The notes below the pieces were generated by a model. The model had not been told where the DNA came from and did not search any database. It was given only the letters and a program-made list of their open reading frames with translations. From NCBI GenBank assembly GCA_023213395.1, contig CM041465.1, positions 216,201,741-216,265,740 of the forward strand: a DNA stretch of 64,000 nucleotides, given 5' to 3'. This DNA comes from Cycas panzhihuaensis. Its lineage: Eukaryota > Plantae > Cycadophyta. The translations under genes were made by a program, and so were the position numbers. This document shows, in pieces, positions 39,190 through 53,828 of this stretch (its first letter is position 1; every line of letters starts with the position of its first letter).

Positions 39190-41391
39190 TATTAAAATTT
39201 TAAAATAAATTATATAGAAGCATATAATCAAGTAGGATATAATTAAAATTTCATAATCAATCAAGCATATAATAAATAATAAATAATAAATAATAAATAA
39301 ATAATGATAAGGGAATAAGAGTCAATAATACAAATATTATATATGACACCATGAATGGAAAAAGCCATCCCTAAATATATATGAGATCTTATATGAAGGA
39401 ATATTCAAATAACCTCATGGTGAGTCATCCTATTCTCATAATGAGGACTTTATCTTATTTTCCTTTTAATATCTATTTCTCCTATATAAATATATAACCT
39501 TATTAATATTTAATTATATTTCACTATTATATCAACTAATTTGATCATGCATATATGAACATTTCACATTGACCAATCATCGCTAGATTACTAATTAAAC
39601 GTTACAATAATTTTTGTAAAATATAATTCCCTTTTAATGTTTAATTTATAAATTTCCATATCTTCATGTACTCATTTGTATCTTCATTTCACCTATATCA
39701 CATATAAGCATTAGTTATCAAATCTATCTTTATCATGCTTGTCTCCTGCAAGTAAATCCTATAATGTCATCAATATATCATGTCATAACTCACCACTTGT
39801 ATATCCATCAATTAATCAAACATAGCTTATGACTTTCACCTTACCATAATACACGAAGTTTTTCTCCTCATTAACTTCATATCTCCACATGTAAGTTACA
39901 AATCCAGACTCATAAAATTATTAATCAAATAAGTAATTGACTTCCATATAAAATAACAACCATTTACCAAAGTTTATAGGTAACCAACCATTATAATCAC
40001 TAGTTATCTAATAAATATTTCTTATATGTGACTCATTAGCTTCATAAAATTAAAAAATAATATATTTTTATTAGTTAAATATGTTATACACGAATAAATT
40101 GTGAATCTTTTCTTATCTCTTGTCTATGAGATGTGCATGTGTTACAACCATAAGTAATTTTACACCTATGGAATATGCATGTGTTGTCTTCATCAATGAC
40201 TTTACATATGTATTTGTAGCTTTATTGGCAACCTATCTCATCAAACTCAATTCTCAACCAACTTTGGAAATAGGGCATACCATCTAGTTTGTCAAGCTAG
40301 TTATAATAAGGTAGCATACAATAATATGTTTCCATGCCTCTTGTTATATATAATTATTATATTCTAACTAAAAAATACATATCAAATGGATTCCTTAATA
40401 GTTGATCTGAATTATTAGGGTGACCTATAAGTATTATTACTAATTTATCAACCAAACCTATAAGACTTCTTTACATCTTATATCAAGTAGATAAACTCAT
40501 ATACTTAACTTTAAACTTTCAACTTTCAAATAACCTCAAACTTCAACTCATCAAAACAATTAGGTGGTGTCAAATATGTCCTCATTCAATTAATCAATGT
40601 ACCAAATCATATAATCAAACAAGATGATTTATCCTTCATTTTCTTATTATTCCATATTAATTTTTTGTTAAATCATTTGATTGGAAGGATTTCAATATGT
40701 GTCGATATAACCTAAATTTTAGCTTCAAATCAATTTTCAATACCAACTTTATCACCAATTCATATAATGCATGCAAAGATCATCCTCAAATAGCAAAGAT
40801 CATTACATATATATGGTCTTTAATATCTATTCTATAAACATGTTTCCTAATTCTACCACATAACTCTAATATGATATCTCACCAAGATATTCACATGTTC
40901 TTTTTTATCTCTTCTTTAGCTCTATACCTTGACTCTAATACTATGTTTAAAATTTTAAAATGACTTATATATAAGTTTACAATTAAGTAAGATATAACTA
41001 TAATTTTATGATCAATCAAACATACAATAAATAATAAATGAATAAGGCATAAGAGTAAATAATGCAAATATCATAAGTGATACCATGTTTAATGTGAAAA
41101 GCTCTTGAATAAAAAAAAACACCTTTAAATGTATATAAGATCTCATATTAAGGAATAATCAAATGACCTCATGGTAAGTCATCTTATCCTTGTAAGGAAG
41201 ACTAAGTGGTATTATTTTCCTTTCAATACACATTTCCCTTATATAGATGTGTGACATTATCAACGTCCAATTATCTCACCATCATATCAACCAATTTGAT
41301 CATATATGTATGAACTTTCCACATCAACTAATTACTACTAGATCACTAATTAAGCATTACATAGATATTTATGAAATATAATATTATAATA
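39190..41391 (-). mobile_element. Small non-coding LTR element (large TRIM/LARD-like), ~2.2 kb
   Basis: Diverged direct repeats ~39190-39627 and 40944-41391. Degenerate PBS actctaatacta at 40932-40943. PPT-like tcccttttaa at 39628. TSD only partial (aactt/tgctt). Confidence 0.78.
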
Positions 41392-43811
41392 TGCTTAATG
41401 GCCATAGTAGGTTTATAAATTACCTACCTTGATATGTACAAGATGGCATCTATTTTATAAGAATTTATATACAAATGGCAACAACTAGAGGAAGTTTAAT
41501 TATGAAGCAAAAAAAATAAACCTTTATAAAAATTCTTAGTGATAGTCATGTATTTAAGCACATACAAATGGCCAAATGTATAGAACTATGTTGCTTAGTA
41601 TATAGTATTTTTCTTTATGCACACTTAAAATATATTATGATTGAAATGGGGTAATGAGAGTATACCTTACATCCATAAGATTAGTGTATCCCCTACATCA
41701 AACTAGAGGGGTTTAAAAGCCCAAATTCTAAGAGAGTAATATGTACACCGTACAAACCCCCACCTTCAAGAAGTATATAAGTGGTTGGAATTAGGTGCCA
41801 AGGTGATAAAAGGTATAAGTATAAAATAAGAGAAGCTGACCCATCCTACAAAGTCTTAGAGAATACTCTAGCTTAGGAGAAAACACCAAAGGTAAATCTA
41901 ATCCTGAGAGAAGAGTAGTAAAAAGGGAATGAAAGTTTAATTTTAACCACTCTCCCAAGCAAACCCTAGTTGTCATCTTAAAAAATTTAATTATGAGGGT
42001 GCCTCCTAAGAAACATTTACTTGTCTCTAGAGGATAAGTACTCAAGGAAGCTAGCCTACATAATGACGTACTATGCAAGATTACTCCTAGAAAACCTTAG
42101 AATCTATTCTATGAAGGTATATAAGATTATATGACTATAGCCAAAGCATATATAGCCACATAGGTTACCTATAAATTAAATGAGTAATAAGGAGAATTTA
42201 ATATTAATAATATTTTACTCAAAAGATAGGAGGTTGCTCCCATAATTTTGGAGATTTCTCCTTAAAAAGAGATGAACATAACATAGCCAAGGATAAAATA
42301 TGAATCCTTTATAATAGAATTAGTAAATGGATACCTTGTATTAATATGAGGATATTATAGCCTTATAGTGGTAAGAGATAGTCGAGACCTTATAAAGAGA
42401 GCTAGATGAGGGAAGCCCTCTATGAGTTCAACTCAAGCTAATAAAGAAATAAGAATTATAACATGAAAGTGAGTTAATGGTCATAGTTGAGGTTAAGGTC
42501 CTTGAGGGTTATTTTCATAAGTGGGAATGGCATGAATGAAGGATTGAAACTATCAAAGTATGAGATAACTCTATAGTTGAGAGATGAAGTCTCCCCTTAG
42601 AAGATTAGATTATGGTTGAGGTAGTAGATTACCATCTTGCAATAGGTGAGATGGTTGAAGAGAAAGTAAAAGGCATGTAAGTTGAACTTGAAAAGGCAAA
42701 AGTAGTAAATGAAGCACTTCACATTAAAAATGTCATATTAAAATGAAGGTTTTTTGAGATGGACCAAATATACTAACCATTATAAGTGAAGTTATTCTAA
42801 TAAGTGTCTATAATCTCAAGTGACACCTTCACTATATTACTTCGAAGAGAGGGCACATCTAAATAGGCAGTAGAGATACTCTATAGCAAATACAAATATG
42901 AGAGGATCGAAGTGATAACTCCATTATGGAAATTATTAAATGAAGCATATGACTTAAGGAAAATAGTACAATCATTATGGGTAGTGGCAGAATTATAGAG
43001 TTAGGACATTTCTAATTGTATCTTTAGTGATTACCAATAATTTAAGGGCATAATGATTAATAGTTCAATAATAGGTCTAGAAGTAATGCATCTTTATAAG
43101 TGGGAAGAGATGCTACATACATCCCAATATTATGCTAAAATATACTTAGAGAACTAGGATAGCTTATTAAGTAGTTGGATGTAATTATGTCAAATATCTA
43201 TATTCTCCATGAAGAATGTGAGTTCCTAGAATTTGAAGGTGTAGTAGGATATATAGGTTTAGAAGTGTTCAAGCATTCAACTTAGAAGCATTACCAAGTA
43301 ACTACCTTAACTAATTTAGTAAGAGGAGCCTTCTACATAACAACTTACAAACAAACTTTTAACACGAGTTTAGAGGTAGCTAGAGGTAAAGTGCACTTTT
43401 GGAAGCAAATAATAAGACTTAACTCAAACTAGACTTAAGCTTTATAAGATGCAAGTTAATGGGGTGATGTTAAACCTATCTCTCTTAAATGATGTTATGT
43501 AATAGAGAGCAAAGTTGCAATAAATTAGCTATTCTAAATGTATGTGAGATTAACATATGTTATAGGTGTTCTGCTAGGCTATAATAAGATTATATAAAAT
43601 TTGTAAGTTTCAAAACACAAGATCACATTATAATTATGTTTACATTAAATAATAGAAATGACATCATCAATAAGCATGGGAGAAAAAGAACTATAAATAA
43701 TTTAATTCTTAAAGGGAATACGGAGGAATGAATGCTCTTTCTTTCTTTTATGATTTGGATATTATAAAGACATAAAAGCTTGAGAAAGGAGGAGAAGTGA
43801 GGGGGGAAAGG

Positions 43812-45576
43812 ATTAAGGAAATTTTGTATGTAGTAAAACATTCTTTTTTATTGTATATACCTTAGTGAAAATCTAAAGCCACAAGGATGAAGTACTACAT
43901 TCTCTAGTATTGAATGGGTTGAAGGGTAATAGGCACATGTTAGACATTTCTCTTTAAGGTATATTTTTATAATGCATGGATTAGTTATTATTTGTTCAAT
44001 GTAATACATGAACATACTTTTACTTTATATAATAAGAAATATAATTACAGTTAGTATATCTAGTAGATGAAATTTATGCATTACATTTACTACATAGATC
44101 AAGATTTCTAACCTTAATTGTTGCTTGGTGGTGAATTCTTAATTATATATGGTATAACCTACTATGTGATCATCTTGAGCAATGCAAACTTTCAAGTGAC
44201 TACTTTCTTTACTCATATCTTACTAATTACAATAGCCTATACTTATTTATAACTATTATTTCATAATCTAAACATGAAATCATTTTAATCCTTATGTATT
44301 CTTAATTTCTGTTGTATATTTATAAATTTATTATTGTAGTGTGTTGTATGCTAATAAACCTATTATAATAGTTAGGATGTATTAAGTTTTATTTGCTTTG
44401 TAATTGTGTATATTATAATATATCTCACAACCATGTCTAAATAAAGGAACTACCCTTATTAAGTGGATGATCTACAACATCCCTAAGTTGTGTTTATGGG
44501 ATTGTACCTCAAACACCTTGTAGGCTCGATCATCATAATATCTCATTAAGTATATTATAGGTGGATGGTAGTGCCTTGGTCCATTTGGAAGGGGGGTTGG
44601 AATGAAACACTATGTTGTTTCTTCCACTTCTAATTTCAATCATCATAAGCCCTTATGTTCTTTATCTTAGTCTTCCCTCTAATTAATGTACTTGATGTTG
44701 AAGGTTTGGTGGATGAATGGTTGTTACATTAATAGACTATTATTTAACTATTTGATTGTATGAATATCAGTTAACTCCACTTTGTAATTTACTTGGTTTA
44801 GTTTATTAATTATCTAGATTTAGTCTAGTGTACTAAATATATAGTTCTTTCTAGTATATCATGGTTAAAGTGATATATATCCTCATGAATTTTGATGCAC
44901 AAGTTTCTTATACAGAATAGTAGGGCCCCATTACATTCATAGCTAGCCTTACTTTATAGCTTCCCAATGCTTTTGTGTATTGTTGTATTAATTTGTGTTG
45001 TTAATAATAATGAGATAACTAAATGTGGTATGGTTTGCTTTAGATCTCTTTAATATTTTTTCTATAGAAATTTCTAGCTTAGGGTACTCTTCCTCTAACA
45101 CATGGCCCATAGGTATGTCAATCTTGTTACTTGTTTGATGGTAAATGTAATCTAATTAGGGACACTAATAATATTATGTGTTTTAAAGAAATTTATGATC
45201 TTTACTAGCCACTTATATGTATTTAAGTCTCCCTTTAATGAGTAGGCTGATAGCTTTACGTTATGGTAAAAAATCTATGGATACTAATCATTTGAATATT
45301 TCTAATTATCAATTTACTTTTCATGGTGTTTTGTATCTTACTGGGCAATATATTTCTATGTTATCCCACTCTGGTAGCCTCCAATATCCTTATCTTCTCT
45401 TGTATTCTACATATATGACTACTAAGCTTGGTTAGGGAAACTTTAGGTATATTTTACCTTTTCCTATAGTCTAGTATAGTGGATTTATTTATTCTTGAGC
45501 AAAGCTCTAGTTTTGGAGATGCAATTACTTCACCAAGATGCTTTATTGATTAATTGGTAGGGTGGGGTACTAGACA
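43812..45576 (+). repeat. Possible 3' LTR of the decayed gypsy
   Basis: Follows the purine tract ggagaagtgaggggggaaagga; non-coding; candidate end ...ggggtactagaca. No partner LTR seen. Confidence 0.3.
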
Positions 45577-46537
45577 CCTAGATATATTAAAATATGTGCT
45601 CTATTTTGATCGAGCCTACTTATTATCTTAGTAAATTAGCTAGCTCTAAAAGGGTTCTAATTTAATCTAATTTAACGACTACTACGCTAGAATGGAAATT
45701 AGTTTATTATAATATAAAAGGATAACAAAAATAAGAAATGAAAAAAGAAAACGAGGCAATCTTTTAAGAATTCAAATAAAAAGCTTCATTCTAAAATATT
45801 ATTCAAATATTCTAATTTTAATTTTTTAAAGGAACCTTATATATCATAAAATCTAGGCTAAATGCATAATTTATCATTTGTGTTTATTGTTATACTTGGC
45901 TTTGAATCAATACTAATTACTATTCATGATTTGTCTAAGTAGGGTTGAGGTGGAGGTTTAAATTAGAGTGGGGGCTAATGGCATAGAGATGGGGATTGGA
46001 GGGGGAGGTCAAGACCTACATGATGGGGCTCACAATATGAGGGACTATCTAAAAATTAGGCTCTCTTATGAATTATAGATTGGCCTAAGGACACATAAAC
46101 ATTATGCTAATAGATCTAAAGTTGATATCCTTGGTGGGGAAGTAGTACAAAGGGTGGATATAAGATTAGAATATATGTCAGAGAGAAGAATTTACTAAGA
46201 CCATTAAGGAAATGATGGGAATAAGAGTACTTAAAAGTAAGATAGTAACAAGTTTTGCTTTTTAGTACACCACCTAAGTAGAATGGTTAGAAGGGGTGAT
46301 TAGTGTAAGGAAAAGCATAATAAGAAAATAAATAGTAATGCTAACAATACACTTACACTAATAAGTACCTATAATTATGAAAAATAGTGGATATAAACCC
46401 TTACTCTAAGGAGATTATAAGAAGTTATGATATCACTTATAGTAAACCCTTAAGGGTTGGCAATATGTAAACTATTGAATAGTAATTATTTAGAAAGAAG
46501 ATGCTAATAATAAGCTAATGAAATAAAATTTATAATA

Positions 46538-49500
46538 TGCTTCACAAGGGCATAACCTATTAAATAACCACCTATCACTAGAAAATTTGGATTGCTAAAT
46601 CATGTGACTAAGACATGCGATGGTTAAAGCTTCCTATAAACTTATGTGCATGGGTCATTTATGTTCTCTAATAGGAATAAGGGTGGGTCATTTTTCCTAC
46701 CAATAGAATTCTATGAGGATGGGTTACTCTTACCTATTTAAGGCCTAATATTTATAAATGAGAGTTATTCCTAGAGTTTATTTGTAATACCATGCTATTG
46801 TATAAATTTGGTGATCTTTTAGTGTTCTTACAAGTGTCTCTTTTCTATAATCTTGGTGAATAAATCAATAATAGAAATCTATTGGCTGCATATTTCATAT
46901 CTCTCTTGTGCTCTTTATATTAAATTAGTGTAGATTACCTGTGGAACCCTTCCAAGTGGTATCAAAGCCACATTCATAAATCCAATTAAAGCAGCAAGGC
47001 ATGATCAAGAAGAAGCATATTAGCAAAGTGATAAAAAAAATTAGAAAAAAAAAAATCCCCTTGGTGAAACTTCTTGAATCCTCTCTTATATTTACTTCTA
47101 CTTTCTTTCTCTAAAATAAGTTTGTAAAGTCTTATAATCAACTATAAGTAAGTAGCAAACCCTCCTATACCTTTTCCTTAGGGGTTAGGTAAAGACCCTA
47201 TTCCAAGGGGTCTATAAACATCATAGGAAACTATTCTTCTTGGCCAAGCATATGTGGGTATATGCCTATGTACAAAGTGAAATAGATTGCACTACTTATA
47301 TAAGCCTTAGATGGTATTTAATTATGGAATTGAGCCTCCATGTACTTTTAAGTATATAAGAGGACCCTTTTAGGTTTTCCTTATCACCTAATATAGGCAA
47401 ACTATCAATTACCTATCATCTATAATACATTGGTTAGTAGTTAACATTGGAAGCTATCTTTTTTGAATACCTCTGCATGGATTTCATGGCTATGGGCATG
47501 GATATTCCTCCATAGTTAGTACCCTAAGATATTGGTTCAAACTTTAGTATTAATAAAGAAGTTTATCAAAGGGCCTATAGACTAGGTAAACTTGTGTCAG
47601 AGTTTGGCAGGATGACTACTACATTAAATACTATTATTACATTACCAAAATTCCTAAGGCTATTGTACTTTTGTAAAGTTGTTAAGACTGAAACGTACCT
47701 CTATATTATAGTAACAACATGAAATAACATAATTCTACATTACAATAATAACACCAAATCTTATAATAATAATAACATAATGCCATCTTATATTACAGTA
47801 ATAACTCTAAAATAATTAAAGGCTTCACATATAAACATTTAGTCTATTTTTTTTAATCCAACACCTAATCTTTAAGTCAAGCACCCACCCTCTTAAAAAA
47901 ACTAACTTTTTCAAAATCTAGCACCTAGTCTATGGGGTCACTTTAGGAAATACTTCTCTAAGTTAGATGAAATTTGCACTACTAGATCTAGGTTAGAAAA
48001 ACTATCCATAGCTCAAAATCACCTTTACCCATTCATACATCTTATTTTGATCTATGTATCATGCTGATCATTTTTCACTAGGGTAGTTTTAACCTACAAT
48101 AATATATGGGCATTTTTAGGATACAATAATATATAAGCACCCCATGGGTCCTAGAGCCTAAATTTTCACCTATGAATCTCACCTACACCACTTTGATAAG
48201 CCTTTTATACTTGTTTAAGTGCATTAGGTGAAATTATTATGTAGTTTTAAGGGCCAATAGGCTAGACATTTCCTTCTCCTTTTCCTTTTTTTCTATCTAC
48301 AACATTTCCCACCTCTTCATTCCCTTTTATCTTTCTCATTCCCTCTTGATTAATACCTTTCTTTTATGTTATTCCTAGTTCTTTTTAAATTCTTCTTCTT
48401 TATTTTATAATAGAGTATATCTATGGCACCAATCTAAGTAAATAATCTCCAAGAAACTTGAGGCCTAGTTCAAAAATATGTCTAACTAACTGAATAACTT
48501 TTACAAGAACTAGGACACCTTATAATTCAAACAAGATACTTTTATTTAAAAATAAGATACTATGTCCAAGGATATTAAGGTTATATATTACAAAGGTTAC
48601 CACTCATGTATTAGTACTAATAGCTAATATACCAGCTACTCAAATATGCTAGGTCTAATATTATAGCTTTATATTCTAGTGCCCATTCCACATCAATAAT
48701 CAATCCACTACAAGATTAATATACCAACTTTTAACCCCAATCTGAATAAAGATAGTTCTCAAAGTTGGATAAGTAAGTTAGACTTGTACTTCTCACTCAA
48801 CCCTATGCCTGTTGATGATTAGCTATTATTTGTAATTATTCACTTGGACGTCAAGGCACACCACTAATTCTATTGGTAGTAAAATAAATACCAAACTAAT
48901 CAAGCATGGATATAATTCTGTAAGAACTTTTCTAAATAGTATGAAAATACTTTGAACCTTTTCTTTTTTGGCTAGTTCATTTAGTTAAAGTAGATAACAT
49001 TAGTGGATGCATATATAAAGGAATTCTAGGCTCTTTAGACTCAAGTTAGGTAAACTCTAAATTGACAAATACTTGTGAAAGTATATATCTTTAGCCTTAA
49101 AGATCATATTCAAATATGCCTAAAAATAATCACTAAGACAAGCTATATCTATAGCCAAGGTGGTAGAAGCTAAGTTTGTATTAAAATAATTAACTACTTT
49201 TCATTTGATCCTCCTTAGGACCAACAAGCTTAGTAGCCAGATTTTTCTCACCAATAATCATATGTGGATGAGGTAAAACATCCTCCAATAAATTACCTAT
49301 CAATAAAAACTTCATTGAACTTAGTCCACTAGCTCCAGTAGAATTGCATCAACATAGAGAAACTAGCCTTTACATACAATGCCCAGAGAAGTAAATTCCT
49401 AGCCATAGTCATGTTTATAAAGCTAGGCATATGGTCTTCAGCATTGACCTAGCCTTTCATCTAATGGAAGCTTTGACCCAAATTTAGATCAAGAACATGA

Positions 49501-50562
49501 GGATGAACCACTCATAGAACCTTCTCCCAATCCTAAGCCAATCTTTGCCTATTATTTCTTTTATTTCCTATCCTAAACTACTAAGAGTCAAAGGCATACT
49601 CCACAGAACCCCCATATCTATCCTAATCGATAATGGTGTATTATTTAACTTTATTAATAAATTACTAGTTAAGTAACTTAACTTGTATATAGTCTCAAAA
49701 ATGGGCTTCATTTACTCTCTTCCTATGTAAAAAACATTGCATTATGTTAGGGTTATCAAGATTTTACAAGTTTAGATAGGAACCTATCTCTTATTCTTTA
49801 ATATTTATGCTCTATCTATAGGTGAGTTAGATATTATATTTGGAGTCTAGTGGCAAAAATCTCTTAGTATGCATATCATCAATAATTCTTAGCATAATCC
49901 TTTTATACTATTTAAGGATAATATGCATAAGATACATAAGCTCCATAGGATTTAATTCCCTCCTAATTAGCTTGTCTCCCTAAGCTAAATGAGGAGATAA
50001 TTGTAAACCAACCTTAGATATATAGTTCAAATTAACAACATTCTAGGTAACCCTCATATTCACCTAAATATTTAGGGCATCCTCACTAAATACCAGTAGG
50101 TATTTGCCCTCTCTTAGCCACCCCTCCACTGGATTGTGGTTTTTATTACACCATTACATTCTAGCCCTTCAATGACCTTGTTAGCTTTAGGCCCTATATA
50201 AACTCTTATTTCTAAAAAATAAGATAGAGAACATTACCAAAGATCTAATGGATATTGGGATTATACAACTAAGTAAAATCCCCTATATTGCCATGATTGT
50301 GCTTATTCATGAAAAGGACAAGTCTTTTAACCTTTATATGGACTATAAGGAATTTATAAAATTACTATAAAAAATAAGTTCACATCATGGATTGATGATA
50401 TACTTGATAAAATTCACGATACCATGATATTCTCTAAGATAGATCTTAAATCAAGTTATTATCAAATCCCCATTACACTCGAGGATCACCATAAAATAAC
50501 TTTTAGAACTCATCATGGCTATTTTGAGTTCCAAGTAATTCCTTTTGAACTTTACAATGCCC
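46538..50562 (+). mobile_element. Reina-like chromovirus copy B (5' LTR 46538-46954, PBS, UTR, gag-PR-partial RT), interrupted in RT by copy C
   Basis: TG...CA LTR. PBS tggtatcaaagcc at 46957. Probable Gag ATG at 48423. Protease ISILIDNGVLFNFI. RT IFSKIDLKSSYYQI...FRTHHGYFEFQVIPFELYNAP. Confidence 0.82.
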
Positions 50563-53500
50563 TATTTTATATGAACATATATAACTAGTAGAATGAAGAT
50601 ACTAGCACTCATGGTTAAGGCATTAGGAGGTTAAGTACTAGTTATTAACTTTTATGCATAGGCAATTAAAACCACTAATGAAATATAAGGTCATTTGGCC
50701 CACTAATAGGATTATAGGGAAAAGGCTCTCTTTTGTCTATTTAAGAGTCATGGATTGTAGAAGAAGGTTGTTATGTAATTATCTTCTCTTGTGAGATCAA
50801 TACTTTGGTACTCTTTAATTTTCCTTTGTATCCATTTAATGCTCTTTAGTGTACTTCACTTCTATAATCAATTCTCAATATTAATATAAGTATTGTATTT
50901 CCTATTTATTTTTCATTATCATTTTTGTATGTGAACACAAAGTGAGAAAGCCACATCCTAAGTGGTATCATAACTAGGTGTCAAATTTAACGAGAGTGGC
51001 CAAGTAGATTAAGGGGAGTAGTAAAAAAAAGGAAAAGTTTATTTTCCCTTGGTGAATCTCTTAAACCTTCTTTTTTAAAAATTAATTATTTTATTCTATT
51101 TTTTCTCTTCTCAAGTAGTCAATTGCAAATAGATAATAGAAGTCAAGGTCCCACCTACCCTTTCCCCTATTGGTTAGGTGGAGACCCTATGATGGGGGTC
51201 TTTAAACATCATGGGGATCTATTAGTCTAGCTAAACATATGAGACTATATGATCACACATGAAGTGAAGTGGATCAAATCACTTATGCAAGCCTCAAATA
51301 GAACCCAAATATGAAATTAAGCCTCTATGTACCCTTGAATATATCATAGGACTCTTCTAGGTTCCCTTACCTTACCTAGTATAGGAAAAATAATTGGTCT
51401 CTTGTCTTCTATAGTGCACCAATTAGCGGTTAGTGCTAAGAAGTCACTCCTTATAAATACCCTGACACAATTATCATAGCTATAGGTACAAATTTCTTCT
51501 ATAGTTGCTTCCCTAAAAGATTAGGCTAAGCAATAGTAAAGACAAGAAAATTTATAAAGGGTCCTAAAGAACTAGGTGATCCTTGATTCTTAAGTCTTAG
51601 GCACTTCCTTATATAGTCTAAAATTACTAAAACTACTATAATTTTAAAATAATAAAGTCAAAATTTATTGAGACTATTATATTTCTAAAAAAAAGGATTT
51701 CTAAAGCTACTGGATATTTGAATACACACTAGTTAAGTGTACAATAATAAGATCGCATGAAGATAATAATATACAAACACCATACTCTAAATTTGAGCAA
51801 GTAGTAATATAATAACAACATATAAAACACTATAATCTAAATTATTCCTATCTAAAATTTCAACTAAAAATTTGAATTTAGCACCTAATTGATTCCATCC
51901 TCTACCTTTTAGTCCACTTCATATTAAAAAAAGAGATTGAAACAAAAGAGTCTACAAGGCCACTTCAACAAACACTTCTTTATTTTTTATGAAACCTGCA
52001 CCATTATACTTGTGAAAAAAAATTACCTTATCATTTTATACATCTTATATCAATTTTAATTAATATATCATGTTGATCATTTTATACTAGGTTAGTTTCA
52101 ACTACCAGTTTCGGCAAAAATAGCTCGATTGACACTAGTTGGCCCCACATGTAAGAAATTTTTAACTTACATCTTGCATATACCATTTTTATGAGATTTT
52201 CATATTCATTCTAATTTACTAAGTGATTTTATTATTTCTTTCTTAGGGTTAACAAACTATAGACACCCTCCCCCCCCCACCCACCCCCCCCCTTCTCTCT
52301 TTTCCCTTTAAGTTATAATCCTCACTTCTCTAGGTTCATTCTATTTATTTAGCCCTGAATTTAGTAAATTCCCTTCTATCTTACTAATCTTTTTTCCTTA
52401 TATCCTCTTCTTCTTACTTATGTCCCAATTCTTATAATTTCCTTCTATCTTCATGATGGCTCCTCCATCTTAGTTAGAACACATTCTTAAATTAGAAACT
52501 TAATTCTCAAAATTTTAGAAAGAAGTAAAGTCTAACATATCTTCATTTATATCCAAGTCTAACATCATTGTAATACTGAATCAAATGGAATAAATTATAA
52601 TATAATAATCTCAATTAAACTCTCAGTCTATAGGCAACATGCCTATACCACATTAAACGAGCATCTTTCCTCCATGCTAGCCATAATTTCATAATAAAAT
52701 CAATATTCCTACCTTCATCCTAGATTTGAATAGGGATAATACACACCCTTAGATAAGTAAGCTTGAATCCTACGTCTCTCTTAAGTTAATAACTGAGGAA
52801 GAATATTTGACATTTACATTTATTCATATGAAAGGTCAAGAACATCATTGGTTCTATTTGTAGTAATAGGAATACCCCACAATGAGGATATGGATACATT
52901 TCTCTACCTAAGTTTTTGATCAGTATGATAAAACCTAGAACTAATCATTATTTAATTAGCTTATAAGATTGAAACAAGTATAATCGATCAAAGCTTATAT
53001 GGATGAATTCTAAAATTTACTCAATTATATCACCCAAAGATGAGATAAACAAGCATAGGTTAATACCTATATCATAGGTTTAAACGAGTGCATCCAAATA
53101 TGACTTAAAAACCTTAAAATTTTTAAATCTCAAAGATGTGATAAGAATGGCCAAAGTAGCTGAGGCAAAATTTATAATGGAAATGTTATCTTTTCTCCAA
53201 TAATCTTCTACATGGCACCGATGACCATGATAGGCTGAGTTCTTATGATAATGCTATTAGCTGAATGACTCATAGGAGCCTACTATAGAGCAACCTTTAG
53301 AAGAACTCTCCACTAAGCCAATTTAAGTTCCACCAATTGAGGCACATAGAGGTATGGCAACTGACCTCTATATCCAATGCTAAAAAAAATAGACTATCAA
53401 TCTTGTTAAAGTTTGCAAATCCAAGAAAATAATATTCATAATTAATTTTAGCATATCTCTAAAAGAAAGTTATTATTTTGAATAAGAATTTAATAAATAA

Positions 53501-53828
53501 CCTCATTCAAAACCCCTCTCAACCCTAGAACTAGAATTCTCCTTATCTGTATTAGGATCCTCTTCATGCCCTAAGACATTATGCATTAGAGAAATACTTA
53601 AGAAAACATCAATTACTATTTTGATTAACGGTGGCATGTCACTAAATTACATTGATATTTCCTCGATTAAGTAATTCAATCTTTATGTTATCCTAAAATC
53701 TATATTTACATGTTCTCTATCTAGTCATTATACACTTTATTGTACTAGCATAATTAAGAACCTTACTATATCCAAATAGGTACCTATAGGTTAGTCTCTA
53801 ATATTTATTCCCTATCCATCGATGGATC
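50563..53828 (+). mobile_element. Reina-like chromovirus copy C (5' LTR 50563-50960, PBS, UTR, gag-PR), nested in copy B and interrupted in protease
   Basis: LTR and UTR homologous to copies A and B. PBS tggtatcataac at 50963. Gag ATG at ~52456. Protease TILINGGMSLNYI, breaking at ...YSLSIDG. Confidence 0.8.

Larger units (their letters stand above)
35059..43800 (+). mobile_element. Very decayed non-chromovirus gypsy RH-INT remnant, host of the 35924 and 39190 insertions
   Basis: Only faint traces: an RNase H C-terminal-like stretch at ~35690-35780, an integrase zinc-finger-like stretch at ~41395-41480, and KWG at ~41644. No intact ORF. Confidence 0.4.

Noticed and set aside
45940-46150. Chromodomain remnant plus PPT
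   Set aside because: Only a vague DWPKD resemblance and a purine run; too decayed to support.
43600-46500. Host gene exons in the unassigned AT-rich stretch
   Set aside because: No ORF with recognisable protein features or convincing exon structure. A very small exon cannot be excluded without RNA-seq.
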